Positions 1-11,052 of a stretch of DNA of 47,932 nucleotides are shown here, piece by piece. Position 1 is the stretch's first letter, and every line of letters begins with the position of its first letter. The position numbers and the translations under genes were made by a program. The stretch is taken from positions 1 through 47,932 of the forward strand of contig NW_021834480.1 in assembly GCF_006345805.1 (NCBI RefSeq), read 5' to 3'. The notes below the pieces were generated by a model that saw only the letters and a program-made list of their open reading frames with translations, was not told the DNA's origin and did no database searches. Source of the DNA: Octopus sinensis (Eukaryota).

Positions 1-45
1 TAGCCTCCATCTTCTTCTTAAGAATGTTTCTTTTTCTATTTTAAG

Positions 46-137
46 GAACCACAAACGAAAAAGAAGAAAACTAGCAACAAGAAGACTGAGAAACATAAGA
101 AGACAAAACAGAAATAATACTTTTATCGAAGATCAGG
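46..137 (+). CDS. Probable coding exon of an unidentified gene entering from the left
   Basis: Acceptor ttctttttctattttaag at 45. Frame NHKRKRRKLATRRLRNIRRQNRNNTFIEDQ ends at a weak donor G|GTATCA and is phase-compatible with the 5792 exon. An alternative frame gives a Lys-rich terminal exon EPQTKKKK...QK* (46-117). Confidence 0.4.
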
Positions 138-275
138 GTATCATCTAAGCCCCTTCCCTTGAAACTGCTGGCTTAAATCACAAACAATCATTATTCAATC
201 AAGTTTTTCAGGGGTCAACAAAATCAACTATCCCCACTCTAAAACATTTCTGAACTTCTGCCTATGTAAGAAATC

Positions 276-329
<54 letters not shown>

Positions 330-334
330 GTTAT

Positions 335-678
335 TATTGAGTGAGAGAGCAGTTCATGCCATCAAAGTGACACTGGGGTACAAATACACGAAGCCCAGTA
401 TACCCATCATGACTACCCGTCTGATAAGGGTACACCAGGCACATGCATCACAACCAAATGTGCGCGACATGGTGATCTCATATCAAGATAAACAGCACAT
501 GACCTTGCAGGTGGGGCCCACTTAAAATTTTCTTCAGGTCAAGTAACCCATCCTGCTCAAAAGGTCCCTGAATAAGGGTTGTTTAAGGATGTTGAACGAA
601 ACACCCATGTTTCCAGAGGTGAATTATTCAAACCCCAAAGAATCCCTCTCAACACATGGGTATGATGCTCCCCCACTT
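335..678. mobile_element. About 340-bp interspersed element inserted in a (TTA)n array
   Basis: Complex sequence bounded on both sides by TTA repeats; no credible ORF; family unassigned. Confidence 0.5.
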
Positions 679-1189
679 ATTATTATTATTATTATTGTTG
701 TGGTGGCAAGCTGGCAGAATTGTTAGCATGCTAGGCAACAAGCTTAGCAGCACTTTACCCGTCATTATGTTCTGAGTTCAAATTCCGCTGAGGTCGACTT
801 TGCCTTTCATCCTTTCAGGGTCAATAAATAAAGTACCAGTGAAATACTGGGGTCAATGTAATCAACTTGTCCCCTCCCCCGAAATTTCAGGTCTTGTGCC
901 TTTAGTAGAAAGGATTATTATTATTGTTGTTAAGGTGTGAGCCGGCAGAATTGTTAGCATTCCAAACAAAATATATAACGGCATCTCATCTGTTTTTATA
1001 TTTTGATTTTAGACTCCATTGTGGTCAACTTTCTCTCAGGGTCAATGAAATTAGTACCAGCTGAACACTGGGGTTAATATAATCAACTAGCCTCCTCCCC
1101 AATAATTTCAGGCCTTGTGCCTATAGTAGAAAGATATTTATCATCATCATCATCATCATCATTATTATCATTATTATTATTATTATTAT

Positions 1190-1228
<39 letters not shown>

Positions 1229-1464
1229 CAGTAGCAGCAGCAGTAGTAGTAATAGTAGGAAGAGGAGGATCATTAGCATGCCAGGCAAAATGCTTAGTGA
1301 TATTTTGCCTGTCGTTATGTTCTGAGTTCAAATTTTGCCAAGGCTGACTTTGGCTTTCATCCTTTCAGGGTCAATAAATTAAGTACCAGTAAAACACTGG
1401 GGTTGATGTAATTGACCAGTCCCCTCCCCCCCAAATTTCATGCCTTGTGCCTTTAGTAGTAAGG

Positions 1465-1496
<32 letters not shown>

Positions 1497-1928
1497 GAGG
1501 GTGAAATGTTGGCAGAAACAGTGCGGTATTAAACTCAATAGTATTGTGCTGGTTAAATAATGTTATTAGCAAACCAAACCAGATAATTTAACTTCATGGT
1601 TTTCAGCCCCCTACTTCCTCTGTTCCAGTCAATATAAGGCTGGATTTGGGGGGTTTTCTTCATACCTGTAAAATATCAATATTATTTTCTTATTACTTTT
1701 ATATATGTTTATGTTTTTTTTTTGATAGTTTTGTAATAAAATCTATTTAAAAAAGAAAATTATAATTCTTCAATTTGTATTTTTGGTCATTGTATCTAAG
1801 AAGGCTCATTACACATCAATAAAACCACACACACTGGTTTAATTTCACTTCTTTAATTGGTTAGTTATTTAACCAACCAACTATTGATTGCTAACATAAT
1901 CAGATAGATAAACACTCAATCAGTTGTC

Positions 1929-1971
1929 TGTCAAAGTCCTTTCATTGCTATTCACGACCTCATCAATGACA
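1929..1971 (-). ncRNA. Decayed minimal hammerhead motif, family B
   Basis: TGTCA-TTGATGA-G-GTCGT[GAATA]GCAAT-GAAA-GGAC-TT-TGACA; flank resembles 32218-32350. Confidence 0.55.
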
Positions 1972-3514
1972 TACCCTCTCTCCTCCAGGTTCAAATCTGT
2001 CTCATTTTTTTTCTTACAAGAAGTCTGGTGTTAAAAATGGTAACAACATGGTTATATGTTCAAACCTGGCTGTAGTCAGTGTGCTATATTATCTGAGCAA
2101 GCAGATAATTATTTCCTCCTATTTGCTTGATTGGCAAAAGTAAAACTGGTTCTCTTTCTACTTAAGTAGTTTGTGGTATTTATTGACCTTTCAGTCGTAA
2201 ACACAAAAACAATTCATCTAACATAGTATCATGACCATACATGCAAACAAAACTGGACGTTGAGCAGTAATGTGGCACGTAAAAAGCACCAACTGATCGT
2301 GGCCGTTGCCAGCCTCCCCTGGACCCTGTGCTGGTGGCACGTAAAAAGCACCCACTTTACTCATGGAGTGGTTGGTGTTAGGAAGGGCATCCAGCTGTAG
2401 AAACATTGCCAGATCAGATTGGAGCCTGGTGCAGCCTCATGACTTCCCAGATCCCGGTCGAACCATCCAACCCATGCTAGCATGGAAAATGGACGTTAAA
2501 CGATGATGATGATTATAAAACCAGCCATTGTTGTCATTATCAGTATCATCATTGTTGTTGTCATCATCATCATCATCATCATCACCATTCTTATCATCTT
2601 TGTTGCCTTTCTAAATATCATATTGTCATCACATTGTCACAATGTGTCATGTCATCATTTCGAAGCTATCCAACCTAGCTCTGCCTTAATCCACTCTTTC
2701 CTCTTCTTCTCATCTTCCTCGGATGCGTCACTCCTTCACGTCATACGAAACATTTTAACGACTTTGGTCTTAAGCAGCTGCTAAGTTGATAGTGTTTAGC
2801 TCCAGTACAGTCTTCATTGCACAGATTTTCGATCAAAGACAGGCTGGCCATGCCAACCATGGCATGATGTGATTTGAGGGAGATGCGGTTACTATTGCTA
2901 GCAGATTGAGAGATTACATAGAAGTCCCTTCATCGGCATACAAGCCACTCATTCAGTTCAGATTGCTGTTGTCATAGGGATGGGAAACTGAAGATATAAG
3001 TACTGACTCTCCTTAAGTGCCCAGTCTGGTTGGCGTCTCTACTGCAGGTCACCAATACAGGATTTACCTTAAATGCCATGTCATGTTAACGTTGCTATAG
3101 ATACGGCAACTGAAGATGTAGGTCATCAGTAAAGATTTCATGCCGGCCAGTCCCAGTTTCTGCTCTGTTCTACAAGTTCTTGGTATTTGGCAAGCTTCCT
3201 AGATTACGGGTTAATTCTGAGTCATTATTCAGTTAATTCAGTGTCGTCAATTCATTATAGGCGAGTTTGCTGCCATCAATTCACCATGAAGAAAGTTCAC
3301 CTTGAGGAAAGTTACTGAGAAAATATATCTTTGGTATCTCAGCATTGATAGTTAAAAATTATTTTATTCGGGAAAAAATGGTGAATTGATGTCAGTGAAC
3401 TTTCTCTGTAGTGAACTGATGATGGTGAAATTACTGGACAAGAGCTTCTTTCCAAGAGCCTCCTCCATATGTTCTTCCCAGGGCTTCCCAGTAAAGTTTT
3501 TAGTAGGAAATGTA

Positions 3515-3997
3515 CTGTAAATCCTCGAGTATAACCCACCCTTGAATATAATATGTAGGGGATTTTCAGAGGGCTGTATCTCTGAAAAACCTAAACCTTG
3601 TGTATAATACGCACCCCTTCTCTAACTTGAGCCAAGGAGATCTATATAACGTCCTTGGTTTGTAAAGATGTATACGGTAACGTCCTTTATTATTATTGTA
3701 TATATAACATAATGCAAACGTGTAGCTTTTTTGTGCATTTTGTTTGCAGAAAATAAAGAAATAACAGTAATAACGTTTAATAAATGCTGCTTACTGCAAG
3801 TTATGGATGATTCTTTTTTTACTTCATTGCTTTCAGGCTTAGCTTAAGGTATTTTCGTGCCCGACATCAGAAAATGCGTCTGAATAAACATTGCCAGACA
3901 GCAAATAGAGACTTGGACATTGCTTAAAAATAATTTTTATTTTTAACCTTTAAATTTTTTTGGGGGGGGGATGCGGATTATACTCAGGGATTTACGG
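3515..3997. mobile_element. Tc/pogo-like MITE
   Basis: TA TSD; TIR CTGTAAATCCTCGAGTATAA / TTATACTCAGGGATTTACGG. Confidence 0.75.
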
Positions 3998-4287
3998 TAT
4001 GCAAAATAAAGGATATTAAACGCCATGATCCTCACATCAAGGAACTTCAATATATCGTGTCCTTTACTTTCCCTTGACTATAAGGTATGATTTGAGGGAG
4101 ATTGGATTCTGTTTCTACAGCTACACAGAGTCCTTCCCCATTCCGGTGTTGGCAGAAATGATAAGTTGTTGACGGTGAGTTTTATATTGCATTGGGTTGT
4201 TAAAAGGATTTCTGTTAAATCATCGCAGCTCCCTGCCCCGCCCCGTCCTGCCCCGTCCCACTAATAACAACAGGAATATTTTATACT

Positions 4288-4511
4288 TCTTATTTCTTTA
4301 TTGCCCACAAGGGGCTAAACATAGAGAGGACAGACAAAGGGATTGAGTTGATTACATCGACCCCAGTGCGTAACTGGTACTTAATTTTTCGACCCCGAAA
4401 GGATGAAAGGCAAAGTCGACCTCGGTGGAATTTGAACTCAGAACGTAACGGCAGGCGAAATACGGCTACACATTTCGCCCGGCGTGCTAACAGTTCTGCC
4501 AGCTCCTCACC
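4288..4511 (-). mobile_element. Monomeric SINE of the same family (others near 701, 930, 1270, 18880, 26817, 30615, 32925, 33176, 33620, 37487, 39830, 44741, 45930)
   Basis: GGCGGYGAGCTGGCAGAA head, GAGTTCAAATTCC B-box, core GGTCGATAAATTAAGTACCAG; TSD TTATACTTCTT. Confidence 0.9.
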
Positions 4512-4821
4512 TTATACTTCTTGATATATCCATTCAACCGCAGAAAGCTTTGTCCTTCAGTAACATACTGGTGTTCAATCAGTTATATTCTGTGACTGTA
4601 GCAATATCAATATTGGAAATATTAAAAATTCGATTAAGCAAGGGAGATAACTCCAATAAGATTATCGAAATCTATTTATTTATTTTACATCTGGCCCCAA
4701 ATGTATTGCCTTTACCTTTTATCTTGTCTCAGTCAATTGACTGCAGCCATGCTGGAGCACTGCCTTGGAGGGTTTTAGTCGAACAAGTCGACCCCAGGAT
4801 TTATTCTTTGTAAGTCTAGTA

Positions 4822-5122
4822 CAGTGGTTCCCAAACTTTTTTTGACACCCAGACCACATTCCCAGCGCCCTCGCCCCCAACTGACCCTCACAAACATAGA
4901 CCCTTTTCTGAAACAAATTCAAAGCAACTGTATTTCACAAATAAAACTTAACCTAACGAACCCATAATTTTGTTGCTTTTACATGAATCACTACCCCCAT
5001 TATTGCTCCCACTTCTTACATGAATCGCTCCCCTATTATCACCCCACTTTCCTTCAATGTCCCTTTGGAACTTTTCACCCCACCCCCAGTTGGGGCAATA
5101 CCGCCCACTTTGGGAACCACTG
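4822..5122. mobile_element. hAT (Charlie-like) MITE inserted into a SINE
   Basis: TIR CAGTGGTTCCCAAA / TTTGGGAACCACTG interrupting SINE sequence. Confidence 0.75.
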
Positions 5123-5791
5123 ACTTATTCCATCGACCTCTTTTGCCGAACCACTAGGTTACGGAGACATAAACACACCAATACCAGTTGAGATGTGGTG
5201 GTGGGGGACAAACACAGACACAAAAGACACACACAAATACATGATGGGCTTCTTTCAGTTTCCATCAAATAAGTACCAGTTACGCACAGGGGTCGATGTA
5301 ATCGACTTAATCTGTTTGTCTGTCCTTGTTTTCCCTCTCTGAGTTTAGCCCCTTGAGGGCAATAAAGAAATAGGTAATGCTATTGTAAGCAAATAGGGAT
5401 ACAAAAGAGTATTTGAAGCCACCAACAATCTGTAAATATATTGGATTTAAGTATTATTTCAAAGAGAAAGGTCTGAGGCCTGCTGAGAACACTTTGTGGA
5501 TCCATTTGTAGGTCAGAGCCCACCTGTTGCCAACACTTGACATTGACAAGCAACGTTTTAAGTGGAGTCTAGTACAAAGCCGTAATGGCTATTTCCTCTC
5601 ACAGTGAATGCGCACACGCACACACACATTCCTTGCCTCTATTCTGCCAGTTTTTATTGCTAAGTGGAGGCAGTAGGAAATGCTAAGAGAAATCTCAATT
5701 CATCACATACTCAAGAAACCATTTCCATCTGCAAAACTAACAGATGCACTTTTTTTCTTTTTACTTCTGTTTTTTTTTTTTTTTTTGACAG

Positions 5792-5878
5792 ATCTCAATT
5801 CATATTTGTCCCTTCTACACTCTGTCTTCACCTGGGATGAAGCAGCAGATGTCATCATTGCTAAATGCAGAAAAGCAG
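5792..5878 (+). CDS. Probable internal coding exon of the same unidentified gene
   Basis: Long poly-T tract plus GACAG acceptor; 87-nt open phase-1 exon (D)LNSYLSLLHSVFTWDEAADVIIAKCRKA; donor CAG|GTGTGC; non-repetitive sequence. Confidence 0.55.
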
Positions 5879-6517
5879 GTGTGCTGGTACATTTGTTCAA
5901 GCTTTCAAAGAATTGCTTAGTGGCATCTCTTCCAGTGCTTTACATTCTGAGTTCAAATCTTGTTGAGGTTAACTTTGCTTTACATCCTTTTGGAATCAAT
6001 AAACTTTGTACCGGGCAAGTATTGGTCCCCTCTTCTCAAATCTGCTGACCTTGTGCCAAAATTTGAAACTGTCTTTACAAGGTGGAGGAGAAGATGATTC
6101 AAATCTGGTAATGAATTTGACAAGAAATGTTTTATTTGGGTGTAAGCAGGCACCACCTATGGCCTTTTATTTTTAAAGGTTATCTGAGGCTAGTTGGAGG
6201 AAAGGAGGAAGTTATTCTTAAACTGGAAACCTAACCTGAATATGTCCAGTACATCAGGCATCTCCAACTACTCGGTCGCATAGAATGAGTAAATTTATAA
6301 ATTTTATTTCTGTTTTATCAACTGTTGTAGTCTGCAGGGTGTCTTTGCATAATATATTTATATTATATATGTAATAATTAAATCATATATTATGCTCTTT
6401 ATTGAGTTTTATTATGTATGTGATTCCTTGGTCCATGGTACAAAAAGGTCGGGCACTGCTGTAATGGAGTGAACTCAACTTATGTTACCCAAGGACTGAA
6501 TGGTGGTCAGTCTAGAC

Positions 6518-6823
6518 CAGTGGGTATCAACATTTTTAATATCCAGGCTAAATCCAAAACCTGGATTTTTTAAGGGAGCTGCACCCAAAAACAGTAAAAT
6601 GTATGTCAATTAAAGAAAAATTTATTATATTTCCCATACGGGACTGTCACGTTAAATTGACAGTATACAACCATTCTATCGCTCCACCATCGTACATATC
6701 TCTATGAAATATTTAGAAATTTAATATTTCTGATTATTATATTTATAGAAAGAAAACTGTCAAGGGCTGCCAGAAGGATGCTTGAGAGATGGATGTGGCC
6801 CTTGGAGCTGCAGATAACCACTG
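6518..6823. mobile_element. hAT (Charlie-like) MITE
   Basis: TIR CAGTGGGTATC / GATAACCACTG; TSD GTCTAGAC/GCCTAGAC fits the Charlie NTCTAGAN target. Confidence 0.7.
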
Positions 6824-7190
6824 GCCTAGACATTACTGAATAGTGTCTGTATTTCCACTTTCAGTTTATCACAATATGCAGGCCATATCCAAAACTTGGA
6901 CATTGGAGGGAGAGGGGGCTGCCCCAAAATGTAAAACACAAATAGATTAAAGAAAAATTTATAGAGTGAAGAATATCAAGGGCTGCCAGAACGATGCCTG
7001 GTGATTGCATGCAGCCCTGGGAGCTGCAAATGAGAACTGCTGGCCCAGGCATTACTGAACAAGGATTATATTTCCACTTTAAACTGAAAGAATGCCTCTT
7101 ACAAAGACAACGCAATTTCAAAATTCCATGTTTTATTAGGATAGGTTTCCCGCTGTCACCAGATTTGTCTATTACATCACTCTTTTTCAG

Positions 7191-7360
7191 TTAGACATTA
7201 AAAATCTAAAAATTAACCTTGGCCACTAATTAGGACATCAGGTTTACAGAAGAATCTCTTGTTTCACTTTCATTTGGAATTCTGAGACTACAATTAATAA
7301 AAAGGAAACCTCGTGCTGTATGGGGATGGTCTATTAATAAAGTCTTTTTGTTGTTTTCAC
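7191..7360 (+). other. Probable terminal exon and 3'UTR of the unidentified plus-strand gene
   Basis: Acceptor ctctttttcag at 7190; phase-1 continuation (V)RH* with stop at 7199-7201; AATAAA at 7296 and 7336, followed by a GT/T-rich element. Confidence 0.4.
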
Positions 7361-7430
7361 AAAAAGCCATATCACCGGAATTTTGTGACAACACAAATTA
7401 TGAGAAATATTCTAGAAATAACTTCCTATA

Positions 7431-8220
7431 AGGCGGTGAGCTGGCAGAAACGTTAGCACACCGGGTGAAATGCGTAGCAGTATTTCGTCTGCCGTTACGT
7501 TCTGAGTTCAAATTCCGCCGAGGTCGACTTTGCTTTTCATCCTTTCAGGGCTGATAAATTAAGTACCAGTTATGCACTGGGGTTGATCTAATCGACTTAA
7601 TCCCTTTGTCTGTCCTTGTTTGTCCTCTCTGTGTTTAGCCCCTTGTGGGTAATAAAGAAATAGGTATTGCGTCTGCCGTCGCATTCTGTGTTCAAATTCC
7701 GCCAAGGTCGACTTTGCCTTTCATCCTTTCAGGGTTGATAAATTAAGTACCAGTTATGCACTGGGGTCGATCTAATCGACTTAATCCGTTTATCTATCCT
7801 TGTTTGTCCCCTCTATGTTTAGCCCCTTGTGGGTAATAAAGAAACAGGTATTTCGTCTGCTGTTACATTCTGAGTTCAAATTCCACCGAGGTCGACTTTG
7901 CCTTCCATCCTTTCAGGGTCGATAAATTAAGTACCAGTTACGCACTGGGGTCGATGTAATCAACTTAATCCGTTTGTCTGTCCTTGTTTGTCCCCTCTAT
8001 GTTTAGCCCCCTGTGGGTAATAAAGAAACAGGTATTTCGTCTGCTGTTACGTTCTGAGTTCAAATTCCACCGAGGTCGACTTTGCCTTTCATTCTTTCAG
8101 GGTCGATAAATTAAGTACCAGTTATGCATTGGGGTCGATCTAATCAACTTAATCCCTTTGTCTGTCCTTGTTCGTCCCCTTTATGTTTAGCCCCTTATGG
8201 GCAATAAATAAATAAGAAAT
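7431..8220 (+). mobile_element. Tetrameric tRNA-derived SINE (Meta/Sauria-like core), 184-bp period
   Basis: One head plus units starting at 7479, 7663, 7847 and 8031; flanked by AGAAATAAC(T/A)TCCTAT duplication. Confidence 0.9.
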
Positions 8221-8684
8221 AACATCCTATGCAGCACCTTAAAGATGTTCATTCAAACAACGAAATATACTGTGAAATGAATAAGCACTATTTATGAAAA
8301 TGCTGGTATGTGTGCGCATCCCTGGTAATTTTGTTTTTAAATAGCAAAACAGTAGAAAAACGTAGATTGCAAAGCTTAATTCAATAATGAAGAAATGACA
8401 GGTGTTATAGAACATAACTGATAACCCAGTCACCTCGCAAATTAGAGATAATGGTTTGGGTCCTGTCTGTGAACCTGGTTCATTCACCGGTCCTAAGGTT
8501 ATGCTGACACTGTCTGTCATTTTATATTGGAATGTTTTTGCAGTTTATCTATAAAAGTACATGGCCATGATATTGAGGTGTCATAGGTGTGTGTGTGTTG
8601 TGTGATCATCATCATCATCATTTTAATATACACTTTTATATGCTCGCATGATCTAGATGAAATTTGTCGAGGGAGATTTTAATA

Positions 8685-9107
8685 TAATAATATAATGAAA
8701 TTATTGTATTCAGTGCTCAGGTGCACCACAACTTGTCAAAAAGTGCATATAAAGCATATGCAGTAATGTACAAATGTCTGGGAAGTGAACAGTGTGAGTC
8801 AGATACATGCTTGCGTGTGTATGGAGGGGAGAAAATCAGGTGTGGTGTTGGCGAATCTTAGAAAGCATGGAAGTTTTGAAGGATGCTGTGCTCCGACAAC
8901 TAACAACTGATGCTGGCAGTTTGTTCCATGCTTCAGCAACTCTCAGCATAAAAAAATGTTTCCGAAAGTAATGGGAGCTGTGCTGTTTTCTGACTTTGTA
9001 AACATGTCCATGGGTGTTAGAAAAGGTGCTCAGAGTTATTGTTTGTAAGATGGTTAATAATTTTATGGGTGTCTGCCAAGTCAGCTGCCAGACGTCGGAG
9101 TTTCAAT
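8685..9107 (-). mobile_element. CR1-type LINE 3' fragment
   Basis: Minus translation LKLRRLAADL...HGHVYKVRKQ...RKHFF..RVAEAWNKLPASVVSCRSTASFK matches the CR1-group ORF2 end; AT-rich tail. Confidence 0.8.
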
Positions 9108-9870
9108 TTTCTACAGCTGGATGCTCTTCCTGTTGCCACACTTCACTTGTTTCCATGTAAGGGTAATATTTTCCTCATGGCTGGATGTATTTTAACGGAG
9201 GATTGGAAATGAAGGACACCACTTGTATGATGGTGATGTTCATTGGCAACTATCAGGTGATGACTTAATGGTTAGTGTATTCAGCTTACGGTTGTATGGT
9301 CATGAGTTCAATTCCAGGCAGTGCATTGTGACCTGGAGCAAGACACTTTATTTCACATTGCTCCGGTTCACTCAGCCAGCAAAAAATGAGTTGTACCAGA
9401 AATTCAAAGGGGCCAGCCTTGTCACATTCTGTGTCATGCTGAATCTCCCTGAGAACTACATTATGGGTCACATGTCTGTGGGGTACTCAGCCACTTGCAC
9501 GTTAATTTCACAAGAAGGCTGTTCCATTGATCAGATCAACTGGAACATCTTCATCATCGTTTAGCGTCCGCTTTCCATGCTAGCATGGGTTGGACGGTTC
9601 AACTGGGGTCTGGGAAGCCAGAAGGCTGCACCAGGCCCAGTCTGATCCGGCAGTGTTTCTACAGCTGGATGCCCTTCCTAACGCCAACCACTCCATGGTT
9701 GTAGTGGGTGCTTTTTACGTGCCATCTGCACAGGTGCCAGACGAGGCTGGCAAACGGCGACGATCAGATGGTGTATTTTATGTGCCACCGGCACGGAGGC
9801 CAGTCGAGGCGGTGCTGGCAACAGCCACGTTCGGATGGTTCTCTTACGTGCCATCGGCACTGGTAACACT

Positions 9871-10064
9871 CATTTACATTCGATGGATATTTGTCCTCAT
9901 CTTGTTTGTTAATACAACATTTCAGCTGATATACCCTCCAGCGTTCTTCAGGTGTCTTGGGGAAATTTTGAAACTGGGTTCTCATTCCAACAAACAAGAT
10001 GAGGACAAATATCCATCAAATGTAAATAACGTACATAATTGCTCATCTCTTAAATATAGAACTG
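9871..10064 (-). mobile_element. Penelope-like non-autonomous element, family A, with hammerhead motif (9911-9956) and inverted partial duplication
   Basis: Minus copy 9871-9988 followed by its own 3' part on plus (9989-10064). Motif GACAC-CTGAAGA-a-cgctg/cagct-GAAA-TG-TT-GTATT. Confidence 0.75.
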
Positions 10065-10849
10065 GAACACTCATTGTTGTAACTGATAGAGTGCTAGAGA
10101 AAGAGGTCTTGTCAAAACAAAGACACACAGACAGATAAACACAAGCATACAATGAGCTTCTTTTGCTTCCATCAGTTAAATTCACAAGGTTTTGGTTAGC
10201 TCAAAGCTTATAGCAGGACACTTGCCTAAGATGCTACACAAGGGGACCGAACCTGGAACCATGTGTTTGGGAGGCAGTCTTGGGGCATTGTGGGAAGGAA
10301 GGGATCTTTTGTAATGTTTGTTCTGAGTTGTGGAATATATGTTAAAGAGATGAAAGAAAAAGAAACACAAAACCCCTCTTTACATTATTTTCTATGTCAT
10401 CATCATCGTTTAACGTCCGTTTTCCATGCTAGCATGGGTTGGACGGTTCAACTGGGGTCTGGGAAACCAGGAGGCTGCACCAGGCTCCAGTCTGATTTGG
10501 CAATGTTTCTACAGCTGGATGCCCTTCCTAATGCCAACCACTCCGTGAGTGTAGTGGGTGCTTTTTACAACACGATGCCAGTGATAAGAAATGAGGTGAG
10601 AAAAGCAGTTTCACCATGTTTGGATGAAGTTGTGAAATGGTTGCTGTGGACTATTGCTCTGTGTCTGTCGAGAGAGTGAACCTTGCCTTCATTTGGTTTA
10701 CTGATATCACAGGTCATCCCAGATCAATGTTTGTACGTCATGGAATGCCAGGGACATCAATGACTGGTAACAGGGTTGCAATTCTTATCAGACACATTCT
10801 CAGTTTTTATTATGATATGATTCAAAATAGTACAAAATAAACAAAAAAA

Positions 10850-11052
10850 CAAGGGGGTGCTCAAAAGTTCCTGACTTTAAAGGTTATCATAAAAAGCCTG
10901 GTTGGAGGCCCAGTCTCCTGAGTTCTTTTACGGGGCTTAGGAAAATTGAAGAACCACTGCAATAAGTGTGAGAATCTGAGAGGGGAATATCATTAACTGA
11001 TCCCTCTGTATTTTCTTTTACTCAAAGCCAGGAACTTCTCAGCAACCCTTCG
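10850..11052. mobile_element. mariner-like MITE
   Basis: TIR CAAGGGGGTGCTCAAAAGTTCCTGACTTT / AAAGCCAGGAACTTCTCAGCAACCCTTCG|TA. Confidence 0.7.

Noticed and set aside
421-615. CTGATAAG and CTGAATAAG...CGAAAC as possible hammerheads
   Set aside because: No correctly placed GAAA, stem I or UH site.
3200-3440. Inverted clusters of AATTCACC/GGTGAATT motifs
   Set aside because: Probably a decayed foldback or MITE; ends and TSD could not be defined.
7431-8220. Regular tandem array resembling CRISPR
   Set aside because: 184-bp SINE units with no unique spacers, in eukaryotic DNA.
9590-10138. Recurrent 'FLQLDALPNANHS' ORFs, including a 182-aa one
   Set aside because: Antisense translations of a SINE family, not a protein family.
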